From NCBI RefSeq assembly GCF_006345805.1, contig NC_043000.1, forward strand, positions 36,580,001-36,644,000: a stretch of DNA of 64,000 nt, written 5' to 3'. Below, one piece after another: positions 39,680 through 53,529 of the stretch. Position 1 is the first letter of the stretch. Every line of letters starts with the position of its first letter. Made by a program: the position numbers and the translations under genes. Origin of the DNA: Octopus sinensis. Its lineage: Eukaryota. The notes under the pieces were generated by a model. It was not told the DNA's origin. It made no database searches and saw nothing but the letters and a program-made list of their open reading frames with translations.

Positions 39680-40455
39680 TTTGAGGAAGGGGACAAGTCG
39701 ATTACATTGATGCCCGTACTTACGTGGCATGTATTTTATCGACTCCGATTCGATGAAAAGCTAAGTTAACCTCGGTAGTATTTGAAAAGTAGTATTTGAG
39801 CTGGAATAAATGTCGCTAAGCATTTTGTTCGACGTGCTAATAATTTTGGCAGCTGCCATCTTATTCTACAATATACACAGAATTTTAAAAAAAAGTGGGG
39901 TTGATTGGCAGTATTGTTAGAGTATCGGACAATATACCTTTGTATGTTATATGTTTAGACCTTTCATGTTCTAAGTTCAAATTCTGCCTAAGCCAACCTC
40001 ATCTTTTATTAACACGTTAAAGTAAGTATCAGGACGATATAGTATCCGACAATGTTAGAAACGATATTGTAGAATTAAACTATTATGCCAAATCATCGAC
40101 GACACTCCACCGATTATTTTCTTTGTGAAACATTAAACAAACGAGAAAGAATTCACTGCAAACTTTGAGACCTTTAACTAAGCACGTTCCTCTGCGAGTT
40201 GAATGTCTCCATTTCTCAAATAACAATCAATAAAAAACAATAAGTTTGGCGGAAAGTTCGCTGATGTAAGTGCTCGTAGCTTGTATTACTGGTTTCGAAT
40301 TTTGGTACAAGGCTAGCAACTGATACTTAATTTATCGACCCTGAAAGGATGAAAGGTATGCCGACCTAGGTGGAATTTAAACTCACAGCATAAAAATGGA
40401 TGAAATGCCGCAAAGCATTTCCCCAGTTTCTAACGATTTAGCGAAGTTGCTTTTA
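39680..40455. mobile_element. Cluster of decayed SINE family B fragments (39680-39863 -, 39890-40040 +, 40290-40455 -)
   Basis: Partial matches to family B head and central module. Confidence 0.65.
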
Positions 40456-41694
40456 TTATTAAAATGCATTTCTTGCGATATGGTTTGGCACTTACTATAA
40501 AAATCACTCGTCACGTGGGTCTTTATGTGGCCTCAGGACCTGCTACAAAGAACAGCTAAATATCTCATGATATTACAGCAGTGCATTGCAAAAAAAAAAA
40601 GAAGAAAAAATGAAAGGCACATTTGATAATTTAGTCCTGGATACACTATGTCTGAAAGATGTAATAATCTCGATTGGAACATTCGATCATTGATCTTTTC
40701 GATCAAGATCAATAACTTGTAGATAATACGACTGCCCGGCCCTCTTTCTCAACATATTCCACAGGTATTTCTCGTGAACTTCTCCAGCTTGGGTGTAAAC
40801 ATTCACTCCAACGAGACAGTGTTCATTGTTGTAAAACTGGTATTCGTGTAATTAGATTATAGAATGGAATTTGCTATTGCGGTTAATATCTTTAAGTCAA
40901 TACGACATAATAATCTTAATTCCCTCATCAGCCTATTGATAGAGATTTCTGACCAAGGAACGCCAGATAATTGATTCAGCCGTTTAACTAAGGATTGATA
41001 ATCTATCAAAATATCAGGCGACTTATCTCCTCTTCCCGAACATTCCAGGCTTTCTGCCTGTAGAAGAAAAGAAATTCTATCGAAATGTTTAATGTATTAT
41101 TCCGACTGAAACCACGAGAAGTAAATAACGAAACCAAGAACGGCTGGTTGAGAGGGTTGCACAAAGTTTTTTTGGTTTTCGCTTTTGGTTCTTCTGTGTG
41201 ATTACATTGGTTGCAATAACGTGGTATTTAGAAAAAATGATTCCCAGAAAGAGAGGGAGAGAGAGAAGGAGAGAGAAAGAGGCAGAGACGGGAGAGAGGG
41301 AGAGGGGTTCTCGGAAATAATAACCATCCAATATTCAAAGAAAAAATAATTACAAATAAAAAGAAGAGATTCTTGAACGATTTCATGGACGACCGTTTTC
41401 CATGTGAAGACAATGAAGTCCTGAAGACAGCGAAATGTCACTTCTAAAAATAGCTGAGCACACGTGATTAGGTCAAAAGAAACAAACAAATGTCTGAACT
41501 ATAGCAGTAAATAAATATAAATGAAAATATGTCGAGTTGCTGGTGCTTTTGGGGAACCGATGGAGTGGACGTCATAGTTGTTGCTGTTACTAAAAATACT
41601 AATTCGCGCTGTACGCCCCCTCTCTCTCCCACCTCTCTCATTCCGGTTCTCCCTCTTTCTGTATACAGTTTCACACGCACGCACACACACACAA

Positions 41695-41699
41695 ATACA

Positions 41700-41751
<52 letters not shown>

Positions 41752-41829
41752 ATATATATATATTGTGTGTGTGTGTGATATATATATATATGTGTGTGTG
41801 TGTGATATATATATATATGTGTGTGTGTG

Positions 41830-41860
<31 letters not shown>

Positions 41861-41987
41861 ATATATAATATATGTGTGTGTGTGTGTATATATATATATA
41901 TTGTGTGTGTGTGTGTATATATATATATATGTGTGGTGTGTGTATATATATATATATGGTGTGTGTGTGTGTGTGTGTATATATATA

Positions 41988-42036
<49 letters not shown>

Positions 42037-42312
42037 ATATATATATATGTGTGGTGTGTGTGTGTGTGTGGTGTGTATATATACATGTGTATATATATAT
42101 ACATGTATATGTGTGTATATATATATTATATATATATATATGTATATATATATATGTGTGTATATATATATACATGTATATACATATATATATATACATG
42201 TATATGTATATACATATATGTATATATATATATACATGTATATGTATATACATATATATACATGTATATGTATATACATGTATATATATATTATATATAT
42301 ATATATATATAT
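41695..42312. repeat. (TA)/(TG) compound microsatellite
   Basis: Direct reading. Confidence 0.95.
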
Positions 42313-42382
42313 AACTTAATTAGAAAAGAATGCGTGGCGTTCGATCATATAATAATATGAATAATATTTAGATATATATTTA

Positions 42383-42733
42383 GGCGCAGGAGTGGCTGTG
42401 TGGTAAGTAGCTTACTATAGCCTCGGGCCGACCAATGCCTTGTGAGTGGATTTGGTAGACGGAAACTGAAAGAAGCCTGTCGTATATATGTATATATATA
42501 TAAGTGTGTGTGTATGTTTGTGTGTGTGTATGTTTGTGTGTCTGTGTTTGTCCCCCTAGCATTACTTGACAACCGATGCTGGTGTGTTTACGTCCCCGTC
42601 ACTTAGCGGTTCGGCAAAAGAGACCGATAGAATAAGTACTGGGCTTACAAAGAATAAATCCCGAGGTCGATTTGCTCGACTAAAGGCGGTGCTCCAGCAT
42701 GGCCGCAGTCAAATGACTGAAACAAGTAAAAAA
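42383..42733 (+). mobile_element. SINE family A with deletion in the head
   Basis: agtagctt joins directly to actatagcc; otherwise near-identical to the 26140 and 31246 copies. Confidence 0.9.
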
Positions 42734-42744
42734 GAGAAAGAGAG

Positions 42745-43600
42745 AGTACCAACGAGGGATTCCGCCTTCTATCCACATTTTCATTATTGTTTCTCCGACT
42801 GTCACTGTTTCTGCAAGCTTCTCTAAATTTCCTACTTTGCTTTGTATATATAATTTACAGAATTTTTCTATGCCAATTAGTGGCTTCCGTTTCTGTGGCT
42901 TGGAGTACGGCGACCTCTTTCTCGCTTCCTAGAAAGAGAGCCGCTGCCACCCAAGCCACGTCTATTTCAGCAGGGATTCCCTCCACCCTGACCTTGGAAG
43001 TTCTTCTTCCAATGTAGGTGGGTAGGAGGATTATCCTTTCCGTTTTCATCGATGATTTTACAGAGTTTTCTTTCGCTTTCTCTTTGTTCTTGAAATATTA
43101 CTCAACAGTGCCGTATTGGCTTCCTCTGGCAAGATACGTCATGTTTGCCAGATTGGCCTCAACGCCTTTTAAATTTCTTCTGTCGGTTCATTTTCTCATC
43201 TTTTTCTCCTTGATAGAATAAACCTTATACACATTTTTCCTTTCTTCCATTTTCATTAGGATTTCTTGTGGTGGTGACAGTTTCACCTTACCACCTTCAT
43301 TTTTTTAACATTTTTTCAAAATTTTAAAAGTTTTTGAGGCTTACCTCTTTCTTTGGCACCTCCGTCACATCCGCAAAAGTTTTCTCCTTTAAAACCTTAT
43401 CCCTTTTTACAGCTTCCACAAGCTCCTCTTCAGACGACAACAGTTCTGAATACACCACGACCTGATTCACTTAAGTCTGAATAAAATTCAGCCATCCCTC
43501 CTCAAAGTGTTGAGGGACAGCTCAACCCCATAAACCGCTGCAAAACAGCACACAATCAAAATTTCACAAATCCAACACACGACAAAAATCCCGACCAACG
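42745..43600 (-). mobile_element. Second, divergent L1/Tx1-like ORF1 remnant with 5' UTR (ATG ~43495)
   Basis: KTFADVT...RGSQYGTVE*YFKNKEKAKE...LLPTYIGRRTSKVRVEGIPAEIDVAWVAAAL...WIEGGIPR; aligns with the 1192-1392 peptide. Confidence 0.75.
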
Positions 43601-43650
43601 CCATAACTTACGACTCTATGTATGTATATATGTATGTGTATGTATATATG

Positions 43651-43693
<43 letters not shown>

Positions 43694-45327
43694 TTTCCTT
43701 TCTTCCTTTCCTGGTTCTCATTCCTTCTTTTTCCTTCTCTTCTCATCCCCCACCCAACATTCTGCACCTCCGTATTTTCTTCATTCTCTCACACTTCGCT
43801 GCTGCTTTTAGACTTAACGTTGTTGTTGATGTTGCTGTTGTGGTTCTTTTTTCTTCGTCTCACCCTCTTCTTCCTCTTACTATCACTCCTTCCTGTTAAC
43901 TTAATTTCCGCCATCTTTCACTTTCCTTTATTTCTTCATTCGTTGCTTTTTTCTCCCACCGCCACCATCCGTTATTGATCCCTTTCTCTCTAGTTTACTA
44001 TTGTCTTTCTTTTTTTCTTCTTCCTTTCCCTGTCTTTTCCCGTCTCTTCTCTTCCTCTCACTACCACTCACCTCCTGAATGTTACTTTTCCTCTGCATCT
44101 CTTCTTTCTTCCTGTCTTCTTTTTCTTCTCTTCCTTCCCTTTTTCGCCCCCATTTCTGTCTTCATTGTTTCTTTCTATCCCCCCTTGCTCTGTTTCTCTG
44201 TTCTGTCATCTTCCTCCTTAACATCTCAGTCTATCTTATATTGCACCTATATCTCTATCTCTTGAATATGATCTCCCCTACTCTCTATCTTTCTTTTTCT
44301 CTCTTTCTCACTTTCACTCTTTCCCTTCCCTCCCTCCCGATCTCTCCTACCACTTCTCTTTATGTCCTATTTCTTATTCCATTCATCACTCATTAATACG
44401 GCTAACTCACACACAAATCCACACACACATACAACTATATATACACATACAACTCGTCACAAGCACACACACACAGGCACATTCACACTTCACACACACA
44501 CAGGCACATTCACACATACACATAGGTATACATAAATCCACGCATACATAAGCGCACTCACACACTAACTTCCGTTTTCTCCTCACACGTTTTCTATAAT
44601 CCGAAGACTCGTTTTCTCCTCCAAGCTCTCTCCTCTCCACCTTGCATCTTATCTTCGTGTACAAATATATACACATATTCTCACATACTGTGCACATTCG
44701 TACTCAACAACACATGCGCACATACTCATATACACGCGTACACATTATCAAAACATTAGCTTTGTGGACACAGATAAGCTGCAGCAAACACCATTTCATA
44801 GCACAACCAAGCAGATTTTATATAGTCACGTGTTGCTCTCGTTAGTTTCCGCTTTGTCTATTATTCAGCAAAGTTTTGTCAATAATGGTGGTAATCCTTT
44901 ATAATAACATCTTTGAAAAGAGGGAAATCGCTTTCGTAAGATAACCGGAGTTGATAATGATACACGGAACACAGGATAAGGAAGAACCTGAAGCAAAAAG
45001 AGAGAAGTGAAATTGTAAAAACATTGATTGGAATATGAGGAAACCCAGTCGGAATGGATCCTGCGTTGTTCTCAAATACATACAAAAGAAAATGTCTGGT
45101 GTAGGCTTGTCTTGCTTTCCACAAAGAAACTGCTGAGAAAATAATCTTGACTGCAACATGTAATATAAGATGTGTGTTGCTGTTGTATGTGGATTTTTGT
45201 AATGTGTCGTTTTAAACACGAGACTAACAGCGTATGAAGGACAAAAGTGGCTAATTAGTTTAAATGAAATAGGTTAGTTTAATGAATTATTTCAAGAAAC
45301 AAATAATTAGTATCAAAATGTGTATGC

Positions 45328-45372
<45 letters not shown>

Positions 45373-45561
45373 ACGCATACACATTTTTACGATGGCTGGA
45401 TAACTGAAGAGATGGCGGCATGGATTTCCGCCCCGATATCCAAAACTCGAAGTTTTATCATGGCTACCGAATAATTGTCACATATTACATTTACAGAAAA
45501 ATTCCTCTATTTACATCTCCAGGTCTCTTTCATTTTTTGCTGCCTTACCATTTCTATCAAG

Positions 45562-45637
<76 letters not shown>

Positions 45638-45643
<6 letters not shown>

Positions 45644-45935
45644 CAGAATGGGATAACAAATCTAAGGGTGTAAGGAGTTTTCAGGACATTTATAATGAAA
45701 TAGTCTTACAGCTGTTTCTGGGGTAAAATGGATATCCCTTCAGAGACGGTGTGAGAAAATATTTGAGTTCGAATTATTGTGGAAAAGGAGGAGATAGGGA
45801 ATAGAGAAGGAAATAAGTGAATGAAAGTAGAAATAATATACATAAAGATATTGTAGTTGCTGTTCCATTATTCGAGGAAAATGGTGTATAGAAGTGGTAA
45901 AAAAGTTTCCTATATATGATGTGTAAGTTCCAGTT
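45638..45935 (-). mobile_element. Penelope-like terminal fragment with decayed hammerhead (45703-45747)
   Basis: GUCU-CUGAAG-GG...CCCCA-GAAA-CAGCUG-UA|AGAC; stem II damaged; homologous to 20667-20900. Confidence 0.65.
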
Positions 45936-46407
45936 GCAATGTATGTATGTATGTATGTATGTATGTATGTATGTATGTATGTATGTATGTATGTATGTAT
46001 AAGCCAATAAAAGGGATTACGTTTGTCATTCAGTAATCCCTATTACGCTTTGTCCTCAACTGACTTAACTCTAAAGCATAAATATATTAAGTTCTAACTG
46101 ATGGTTATTTATTATCGCTATTACTAAGTGAAATCATAGCACACAAACATACACACACACAAACGCACACACACATACATGCACGGACACACACACACAC
46201 ACATACATGCACGGACACACACACAAACAGATAGTGTTTGATTGTATGTATAGTTACAGAAGAGTGTCAACATATTTATTGCATATTTGAAAGAAAAGAT
46301 TGACAGTAGAAGTTTCGGCTGCTTTCGTCTGACTGTAAAGTATGTTTAATACAGTTCTATATTTAAGAGATGAGGAATTTTGTACATTATATTATTTACA
46401 TTTACAC

Positions 46408-46480
46408 GGGCATATGGCGTAGTAGTGAAGAACGCGGGCTTCTAACCCCAAGGTTCCGAGTTCGATACCAGCCAGCAGAA
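46408..46480 (+). mobile_element. tRNA-like SINE head
   Basis: ggcgtagtagtgaag (A box), gagttcgatacc (B box); no acceptor-stem closure. Confidence 0.6.
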
Positions 46481-46486
46481 CTGAGA

Positions 46487-46632
46487 AAAATATCGCAGAT
46501 GTACGTGTAGCTGTGAGGGGAAATCGTCGAATTACCATCAGTGAGTTATCAGAGGATGTGTAGATTAGTTACGGTTCAGTTCAGTGCATTATCAATGAAG
46601 GTTTGGGTATGAGACGTGTATCTGCCAAGTTT
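46487..46632 (+). pseudogene. Mariner transposase HTH fragment
   Basis: NIADVRVAVRGNRRITISELSEDV*ISYGSVQCIINEGLGMRRVSAKF. Confidence 0.8.
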
Positions 46633-46950
46633 GGCGGAATTTGAATTCAGAACGTAAAGACGGACAAGATACCACTAAACGTTTTGTCCGGCGTCCTAAC
46701 GCTCCTGCCAGCTCTCCGTTTCTTATGTTATTATTGGTTTTAAATTTTCACACAAGATCCATAATTTCGGGAAGGGGATGAGTTGGTTTTGCATTGAGCC
46801 CAGGGCTTAACTGGTACTTATTTTATCGACCCTGAAATGATAAAGGCAAAGAGGACCTCGGCGGAATTTGAACTAAGGACGTAACGACAGATGAAATGTC
46901 GCTAAGCATTTTGTCCGGCGTGCTAACGACTCTACCAGCTCGCCTCCTTA
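46632..46950 (-). mobile_element. Tandem SINE family B copies
   Basis: Two heads (ggcggaatttgaa...gtccggcg on plus) at ~46632-46720 and ~46735-46950. Confidence 0.8.
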
Positions 46951-48599
46951 ATTCCCTTATATTCATATTAAAAGGAGAGTATTGTTGCTTTTGTTTAATA
47001 TAAAGTCATTCCTAGAGTTCATAGCGTTCCATACATGGCCACTTAATATTGTGTTCAACACATCTATATTAGACTACATTATCCAATATGTCTATCATTT
47101 AAAATATTTAAAGGAGTTCTGTCTGTTATTTCTCACAGATCAAACAAACGTGCAGTCACTTCAGAATTTGTGCGATTTGATACGGATTTATGCGCGTAAA
47201 TTGAAATGTCAATCGAGTGTCTATTAATTTCATTTCCATTGGTGGCGTGTACCAAGGGAGTCCTAGTGGTATGACTGGCCATAACATGCGGCACCAACGG
47301 CTATCAGTTGATGAACCTAAGTTGAGGTAGGTGTCTAGAATCGACCTAGATATATCAAACATCTTCGTCAATAGCTACAGCAGCAGCAATTGTTTTTTCC
47401 TTCATCGCCGTCATCAACATAATCCTCGCCGTTGCCATTGTCCTTGTCAGATTCTTCGCCGGCTTCGTTACAACTGCCGCAAAGGCTGTCCTAACAACAC
47501 AACTTGCAAACCATAACATGTGAATATAAGGTAAGTTAGGTTCCAAGTACAGTTCTTAGGGCAAGTTAAACTACATGCGATAGACTATCGTTCTATCCAG
47601 AAGCACGTTTATCTCTCATCCACTTAACGATGATCTTAATGTCGATAAATCTCTTCCCGCAGTTTGGATTCATTTGATGAAATAAATGAATGAGGCCAGA
47701 TTTGATTCAATCGACTCCACCGTCGTCTTGATAGTTGGCTCCAGTGCTTAAGTAATAAATTCTTATTTTATGAACGTCATAAAAAAAAAGATACGGAAAA
47801 CCGATTCCTGGAGGGACTGGACTCGGAGGTAGAAACCATTAAACATTTAATACAAGTCATGATTACGTCAACCATAAAACGACCTCACAGACTACTTACA
47901 AGACATTAGTAGTTGAGAGTTAGCTCATAAAATGTTTTCTCCTCGCTTCTTATTTAACGTTCCAAAGAAGAGCACTTGAGCAGGGGCCTCCAAAAAATGC
48001 AATTATCTCTGCTTTCATTTGGAATCTATAAAACGGATTTAGAGGGAGATCATTTTGGATCTTTACAAACATTAAATCTGCACACGTCCTCGGACACACA
48101 GACACACGGCCTCTCTCTTTCTCTCTCTCTCTCTCTCACACTTGCTGTCTCTCTCTCCCTCCTCCCTCTCTCTCATCCAATTCTATCATTGTTTATTTAT
48201 CTTTTTCACTTTCTCTCAGAACGTAAATGTGTAAGAGCAGAGCAAGTAAGACACACGTCAATAAAGACAACAGCATTATATATCGATTGTAAGACAACAT
48301 TATTCAGCAATGGTTACCTCCACCGCACGCCAGTCATGTGTCTCTCTACACACCGACTCTAGTTTGTTTCCTTATTCAACACACGACTGCAGATGATGTG
48401 GAAGCAGTGACATTTTTACCGCTTCTGTCGTTTTACTTGCAAATGTTAAACTCAATTCAGATATTTGTCCCTTTAATATATTTTTTTATTCTAGATATGT
48501 TTATTTCGCCAGTTTTACTACTACTACTACTACCACTACCGATCGAATTTGAGCATGTTTTTTTTTAATTAGGAGGGAAAAACTTTCATATGCCTTGAG

Positions 48600-48872
48600 A
48601 ATGGCAGTTATCCGGGATTTTTGAGTGGGGTTTACCCCGATTTGTCCTAAGTGGACTACCCCGCTATTGGGGATTCTATTTATTTATTTATTTATTTCTC
48701 TAATTTCTGTTATATATCCTTTCGTATATCCCTTAATGTGGTAGTATTTTCCTTTGGTCGATGTAAACTCCACCTGCATTTGTTTTGCATTTTTGTTTTG
48801 TTTTGTGCACTACAACCCGTCCTTCGACATTGTTCTCCATGTCTTGGGCCCCTGTGGCCAATAAAAGAACTT
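48600..48872 (+). mobile_element. Probable LINE 3' UTR ending in AATAAA and (ATT)n
   Basis: Ends cccctgtggccaataaaagaac-ttattattatt; no coding part. Confidence 0.35.
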
Positions 48873-48903
48873 ATTATTATTATTATTATTTTTATTAGTA
48901 TAA

Positions 48904-49860
48904 CTATGGCGGCGAGCTGGCAAAATCGTTAGCACGCCGGCAAAATGCTTTGCGGTATTTCGTCCGTCTTCATGTTCTGACTTCAAATTCCGCCGAGGTC
49001 GACTTTGACTTTCATCTTTTCGGAGTCGATTAAATAAGTACCAGTTACGCACTGTGGTTGATGTAATCGACTTAATCTCTTCCCCCTAAATTTAAGGCCT
49101 TGTACTTCCAGTAGAAAGGATAATAATGATAATAATAATAATTATCATTATTATTATTATTATTATAATTATTATTATTATTACTATACCCGTAAGATGG
49201 CAGGGGGAAATGCTTAACAGTATTTTCCCCGTCGCTACGTTCTGGGTTCAAATTCCGCCGAAGTCGACTTTGCCTTTCATTCTTTCGGGGTCGATAAATT
49301 AAGTAACATTTTTGTACTGGGGTTGATATCATCGATTGGCTCCCTCCCCACCCTCTAATTTCAGCCCTTCTGCCTATAGTAGAAATGATTATTATTATTA
49401 TTATTATTATTGTTGTTGTTGTTACTAAGTTAGCGATCTGGCAAAATTGTTTGCACGCCTTGCAAAATGCTTAGCAGCATTTCGCCCGTCTTTCCATTCG
49501 GGATTCAAATGTCACCGGGGTCCACGTTGCTTTTTATCCTTTCGGGGCCGATGAAATAAGTACGAATTAAGTACTGGGATGGATGTAATCGTCTCCCTCC
49601 TCTCTCGCCTCGTGCCAACTCTTGAAACCATTGTTATTATTAAGGCGGTGAAATGATAGTCTTTAGTGCGTCAGACAAAAGCCACTTCCTGGTGTTTCTT
49701 TCAGCTTTACATTCCGAGGTCAAATACGGCTGGGGTCAAATTTGTTTTTTATACTCTCGGGGTCGATAAGTTAAGTACCAGTCAAGCACTGGGGTCCATG
49801 TAGCCGACTAGCGCCCTTCCCGCAAATTGCAGACCTTGTGCCTACAGCAGAAAGAATTAC
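48904..49860 (+). mobile_element. Chain of four SINE family B copies separated by (ATT)n
   Basis: Starts at ~48904, 49192, 49428 and 49642, each with the head and gtcga...aagtacca module. Confidence 0.88.
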
Positions 49861-51810
49861 CATTTTGTTAGAAGGACGGCAGTTTTAAGGGGAAGTGTTA
49901 AGTCAATTACAGCGAAACCACTGCTCAACAGACAAGAATAAAAGAATAAAAGGCAAAGTCCACCTCGGCAGATTTTGAACTCATTATCACTAAAACTAAC
50001 ACTACTATTACTATAACTAATGCTTCTATTATTATAACTTCTAACGAATCTAATAGTAACGATAGGAGAGCGATTAACTTTTTTTAAATAGGGGCTTATA
50101 AATGTTGGTTTCTAATCTTATATTATAAAAGGGAGGTGGAGCTACGTCACAATATCAATTAATTAGCGAAAGGGAAATAAGGTGAGGAATCAAAATATAC
50201 GTCATAGCGTATTTTTTTAAGACGCGGGGAAGAAAAATTGTTAAGAGGAAAATAAAGTGAGAGAGAGAGAGTGTGTATGTGTGTGTGTGTGTGTATGAAA
50301 TAAATAGGTCGGTAGGTAGGTAGTGCTGTCACCATAGTAATTAACAAATTTTGATTTCAAATGTGGAAATTTAAAGTACACATCTGTGTACACAACGCGA
50401 CACACTTTAAAAACAAGACTATATATATATAAGTGAATTACTGGTGTATTACCTATGTGTGATTATGAGCATTAGTATTAATGCTCATAAATGACAGATA
50501 AGGAAAAGAATAAACTGACGTTTATCTAGATTTAAGATAATATAAGAAACTGGAGATAAAATTGATAAACAGGCGTAAAATAAGGACTTTCACCTTGAAC
50601 AAATTATGAAGGTACATGCATCATTAACACATATTTTTAGCGGAAGCGTAGCGTCGGAAAATAACCTCTTATTGATTTAAAGACACATTTTGGTGAAGTA
50701 GGATAAATGACACAAAAATATGACTGATATTTATGGTATATAATTTATCGAAACAAATTCGAGAAAAGAGTAGGAATCAAGTGTAGCTGAATGATTAACA
50801 AGTTCCCTTGCACATAATTGCAGGAAATCTTTTTTATGGGATGGAAACTTGTGTCCAAAATATTTTAAAAACAAGGTTGGTTTTTGTCAATCTTAATATC
50901 AAGAGAAACACCGGTATAATAACGATGATAATAATTATCAGATTTGTACATCAACCAAATCATTTAATTCTATTAATAGAAAAATAATGCTTCGAGTCAG
51001 TCCAAAAATGTATCCATGCTTCTTCGTTTTGGCGATGATGTTTTCCAGGAGGATGTTCAAAACGTTTACATCCCACCCGCACCAAAACGTTTTAGGGATG
51101 AATTTTCGGCCCCTGCACCCCCTATCTCCTTACCCTTGCAAGACAGCATGCTCCGGTTTCAATTACACAGCGTTGCAACTTGGGTAAACGTTTTTCGATC
51201 TAATATTTTAACCCAAAATGCTGCTAATGAAACTGCAAAAATCCTTTGAATCGACAGTATGTGAGTTTGGGAGCCGACCTATAGTAGTATTATGGTCTTA
51301 GGAAACCATTATTAGAGGTCACTATTTTCCTACATCCAGGTCTTCAGCCTAAAAATAATCCTCGACATAAAACGTTCCTTTATTCGTCTCCGATTCACTG
51401 GAAAGCGTTGCGTGTGTTGCCCTCCTCATGTATAAAGCACAAAACGTGTTTTGATGCGGATAAGGAAAACGAAATGAAAAACAGAGAGCTGAGTGTTTGC
51501 AAAAGGACATAAGTTATATGTTATAGTAGGAGAAAAACAAAAATAAACCATGCAATAAAACAAATAAACAAAAACAACATACAATTAACTGAAATAGCAA
51601 ACTGGAATGATATGAAGCAGGCTACGATTGAATGAATCGCGTGAACGGTGTATTGGCTGTCATTTGATGAGATATGAGAGGTCAGAGTCCGTTCTCACGC
51701 CAATTCAACATTTCATAAAAGACAGCAGAAGAAAGTTTCTCGTACTGAATAACATTACTTAGATTTTGTATTATACAAATAATAATTTTAATAATGTTTG
51801 TAGCAGAAGC

Positions 51811-52020
51811 GCAGGCGTGGCTGTGTGGTAAGAAGTTTACTTCCAAGCCATATGGTTCTCATTTCAGTCCCGCTGCGTGGCACCTAGAACAAGTGTATTC
51901 TGCTATAGATTCCCGAGAGGATTTGGCAACTTTCAGAAAACTTAGGGGTGGATTTGTTCAACTAAAATTCTTCAAGGCGGTGCCACAGCATGGCCGCAGT
52001 CTAATGACTGATACAATCAC
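51811..52020 (+). mobile_element. Diverged, internally deleted SINE family A copy
   Basis: gcgcaggcgtggctgtgtggtaag...caaggcggtgccacagcatggccgcagtctaatgactga. Confidence 0.75.
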
Positions 52021-52817
52021 AAGATACATATTGGCAGCTATGTGTATGAATATACTTTTATGTATACAGTTAACTGTGCTGTTGGTGAGATCAACAAGCA
52101 AATACACCATTCAAGAATTCCCCCGCATTACTTAATTGCAGATGCGAAAATGTTAGCAACTGGAAGCGCATGGACAAATTTCTTTTGTAGAACTGGAAGA
52201 CACCACTCCCTGCTGTCTTGCATATATTGGCCTGGTCCCTTGAAGTATCCTACACCTGCTATACTTATAATGCATTCCATGGACAAAGAGGACGCAAATC
52301 TCCGTTTCATTATTCCATTTTCTGTTTTTGTTTAATTTTTGCCTTCTCGTTCTGCCTTTTCTCTTTCTATTCAACTACTCGCCTTTTGTCGTGTTTCCAG
52401 ATAGAGCCGCATTCTTCTTGGTTTTTCAAGAAAGAATGAAGAACCTTCGGGAACGTGAAAACAGTATTTTTTTTAAGGAACGGTGATTCTCGATTTAGAT
52501 AAAGCTACAGATAATAACTTGCGAATATATTGGGTTAAAAAAAGGTGAATAAGGTGAACTGGAACTCACGTCTCCAGTAAACCTGGCAGGTGTTCAACCA
52601 TTGGAGCCAGGCAATCGAATTTCTTCATGCATTTTAGAAATTTTATTCGTACCAGCGAGAAATGTATGTTGCTGAACGCAAGTCCATGCTTAGAGGAGAT
52701 GTGGGTTCGAGTCCTTGGTGTGACCTTCGCTTTTTATCTCTCCAAAATTTGGTTCTTAACTCAATATTTATACTCAATTCTATACGTATATACATACATA
52801 TATGCATAATATATATA

Positions 52818-52864
<47 letters not shown>

Positions 52865-53046
52865 CGCGAACAGACAAACATGCATACGTCCATATACAAA
52901 TATATAATTGTGTGTGTTCGAATCTGACTGTCTCTCAATTTCTGAAACACACAGATATGAACATACATACAACTTCTACACACTTGCATATATAGACTAT
53001 ATATATATATATATGTGAGTGTGTGTGTGTGCCTGTACGTGTTTTA

Positions 53047-53412
53047 TGTATACACGATTACGACGACGACGGTTCCAGTTGATACGATCAACGGAACAAC
53101 CTGCTCATGAAATTAACGTGCATGTGGCTGAGCACTCCACAGACACGTATACCCTTAACGTAGTTCTCGGGGAAATTCAGCTTGACACAGATTGTGACAT
53201 GGCTGGTCCCTTTGAAACTACATGTACAACAGAAACAGGAAGACGAAGTGAGAGAAAATTGTGGTGAAAGAGTACAGCAGAATTTGCCACCATCACCTGT
53301 CGGAGCCTCGAGGAGCTTTGGTGTTTTTTGCACAATAAACACTCACAATGCCCTGTCTGGGAATCGACCGCGTGTCCGTTGCCCTAACCACTTGGCCATT
53401 GCGCCTCCACAC
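53047..53412 (-). mobile_element. tRNA-derived SINE with partial head deletion
   Basis: gtggaggcgcaatggccaagtggttagggc...gattcccagac head followed by a long body. Confidence 0.75.
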
Positions 53413-53423
53413 ACTCTATATAG

Positions 53424-53458
<35 letters not shown>

Positions 53459-53479
53459 ATATATGTATATATATGTATA

Positions 53480-53520
<41 letters not shown>

Positions 53521-53529
53521 GTATATATA

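Noticed and set aside
48904-49860. Regularly spaced repeats resembling an array
   Set aside because: Diverged ~200-bp SINE copies in a eukaryote, not CRISPR repeats and spacers.
52128-52374. Possible endonuclease-like TAGSGVFQFYKRNL on minus
   Set aside because: Only one short motif among several stops; cannot be assigned.
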